Below are positions 57,060 to 58,362 of a stretch of DNA of 58,362 bases, one piece after another. The number at the start of each line of letters is the position of its first letter. Position 1 is the first letter of the stretch. The notes under the pieces were generated by a model. The model was given only the letters and a program-made list of their open reading frames with translations, was not told the origin of the DNA and did not search any database. The position numbers and the translations under genes were made by a program. Source of the stretch: a virus (Duplodnaviria; Caudoviricetes); IMG/VR virus record IMGVR_UViG_3300037882_000558, positions 1-58,362 of that record, one strand, 5' to 3'.

Positions 57060-57275
57060 ATGCAAACCCTTGAATATGTAAAATCGTGCGTGCAATTCGC
57101 GCGGCAAGCGCGACGCGATGCACGGCGAGCTAAAGCCGCGCGCTGCTGGTTGCAAGCGTTCGAGCTTAACAAAAAATGCGCAAGCTGGTTAAACGAAGCA
57201 CGCGAAGTTAAGCAATACGGTATTCACGGCAAGCCGGAAAACGTATATAATCCGGCCGATTCTCTCAACTTTTAA
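57060..57275 (+). CDS. Hypothetical basic protein
   Basis: 71-aa ORF with AGGGG upstream, following the second putative pre-early promoter. Confidence 0.6.
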   Translation: MQTLEYVKSCVQFARQARRDARRAKAARCWLQAFELNKKCASWLNEAREVKQYGIHGKPENVYNPADSLNF

Positions 57276-57287
57276 AGGTTTTATATT

Positions 57288-57770
57288 ATGCCCGCAATTC
57301 GCAAACTTCGCATTTATGACATGGACGGAACAATTGTTTGTTCACTCCACCGATATAAAACAGTTACCCATGCTGACGGTATCGAACGCATAGATTTGAC
57401 ATACTGGCGCGAAAATGAATACCGCGCGCTTGATGATAGTTTGTTGCCCGCTGCCGAACAATATAAAGCCGATTTGTTGGCGGACGATACTTTTGTCGTC
57501 ATTGCTACGGCGCGGGTATTGAATGCACCGGATAGGCAATTTATCCGGGATATTCTCGGGCAACCAGATCATATTATCTCGCGTGCTGCAAATGATACTC
57601 GCAGCGGCGGATTACTTAAAGTTTTGGGCCTGAAAAAGTTACTTAACTTGAAACAGTTTGCCGATATTCGTGACGTGTTGTTTTATGAAGACAACGTTAC
57701 TTATCTCAAAACTGTTTGCGATTTTTTCGGCATTACTGGCGTTTATGTCCCTAGCAAACAAGGACACTAG
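57288..57770 (+). CDS. HAD-superfamily phosphatase
   Basis: IYDMDGT (motif I), ATAR (II), K (III), FYEDN (IV). Confidence 0.8.
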   Translation: MPAIRKLRIYDMDGTIVCSLHRYKTVTHADGIERIDLTYWRENEYRALDDSLLPAAEQYKADLLADDTFVVIATARVLNAPDRQFIRDILGQPDHIISRAANDTRSGGLLKVLGLKKLLNLKQFADIRDVLFYEDNVTYLKTVCDFFGITGVYVPSKQGH

Positions 57771-57844
57771 AAAAACGTGGTACACTGTCGCTAGGCTTTG
57801 GCGCGTGGCCTAGAATACGCGCTCACACCTTAAAAGGTTAAAAA

Positions 57845-58362
57845 ATGCTTGACAAAAACGCAATCCTGATTTTGGCGGCCGAACTGGGCTATTTCAAAAG
57901 CAAAAGCGCGGAAAAGAAAACCGCCATTGCTGAAGAACTGGTAACGAATTGGAACCAAGAAAACGCGGAAGAACAAACCGATTTCCCGGCCGTGCTGGCC
58001 GTGCTGAATGAGGAAAGCGAAAAGCGCAGCGCGGCAAGCCGTAGGCGTGAAGCCGCGCGACTCAAGCGCGAAGAACAAAAGGCAAATAAGCCGGTTTCTG
58101 GCGGTTTCGATGATATCGACGGGCATATCCAAAAACTGGAAATGCCCGCATCCGGTGTTTTTGTCGTTAGCACGGCGCAAAACAATACGGACGTGAACCC
58201 GCAATTTTGGGCCGCGCTGCAAAACTATTGCGAAGCGCGCGGCGCGACTCTGCTGGTTGCCAAAACCACCTACAACAAAAACGGGTTTCTGCAACCTGAC
58301 GTAGAAGCCACGGGCGAAGAACTTTGGTATGCCCCCGAGGTCAAGCCGTACCTGATTCAAGG
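57845..58362 (+). CDS. A1: T5 A1-like pre-early protein (DNA transfer/host DNA degradation); 3' end outside the window
   Basis: Not in the ORF track because it has no stop; translates MLDKNAILIL...FVVSTAQNNTDVNPQFWAALQNYC...LLVAKTTYNKNGF, matching the A1 N-terminal motifs. Confidence 0.8.
   Translation, partial: MLDKNAILILAAELGYFKSKSAEKKTAIAEELVTNWNQENAEEQTDFPAVLAVLNEESEKRSAASRRREAARLKREEQKANKPVSGGFDDIDGHIQKLEMPASGVFVVSTAQNNTDVNPQFWAALQNYCEARGATLLVAKTTYNKNGFLQPDVEATGEELWYAPEVKPYLIQ

Noticed and set aside
57830-58360. 176-aa minus-strand ORF and the other short ORFs over this interval
   Set aside because: Shadows of the plus-strand A1-like gene starting at 57845, which has recognisable motifs

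Overview
About 58 kb of a T5-like (Demerecviridae-type) siphophage genome. Plus strand 1-20.2 kb is the replication/recombination/nucleotide module: DnaB-like helicase, primase, PolA, D10 helicase, a NatV/NadV NAD+ salvage cluster, D11-D15, an FkbM methyltransferase, dUTPase and a class II ribonucleotide reductase. Minus strand 20.3-55.4 kb is the late module: TerS, a TPR-glycosyltransferase inserted between TerS and TerL, portal, a protease-capsid fusion, tail genes with a -1 frameshifted chaperone, a 2355-aa tape measure, fibres, a lysis cassette, PhoH and two paralogous SGNH proteins. From about 55.5 kb lies a repeat-rich non-coding region (29-bp tandem repeats, DnaA boxes, TAGG-N7/8-CCTA palindromes), followed by GC-richer pre-early-like genes (small ORFs, a HAD phosphatase and a T5 A1 homologue). 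The points most worth following up are a possible phage glycosylation/methylation pair, three accessory genes each broken by a frameshift at an inverted repeat, and a palindrome-anchored promoter architecture in the pre-early region. All protein family calls come from motif recognition by eye, not database searches.
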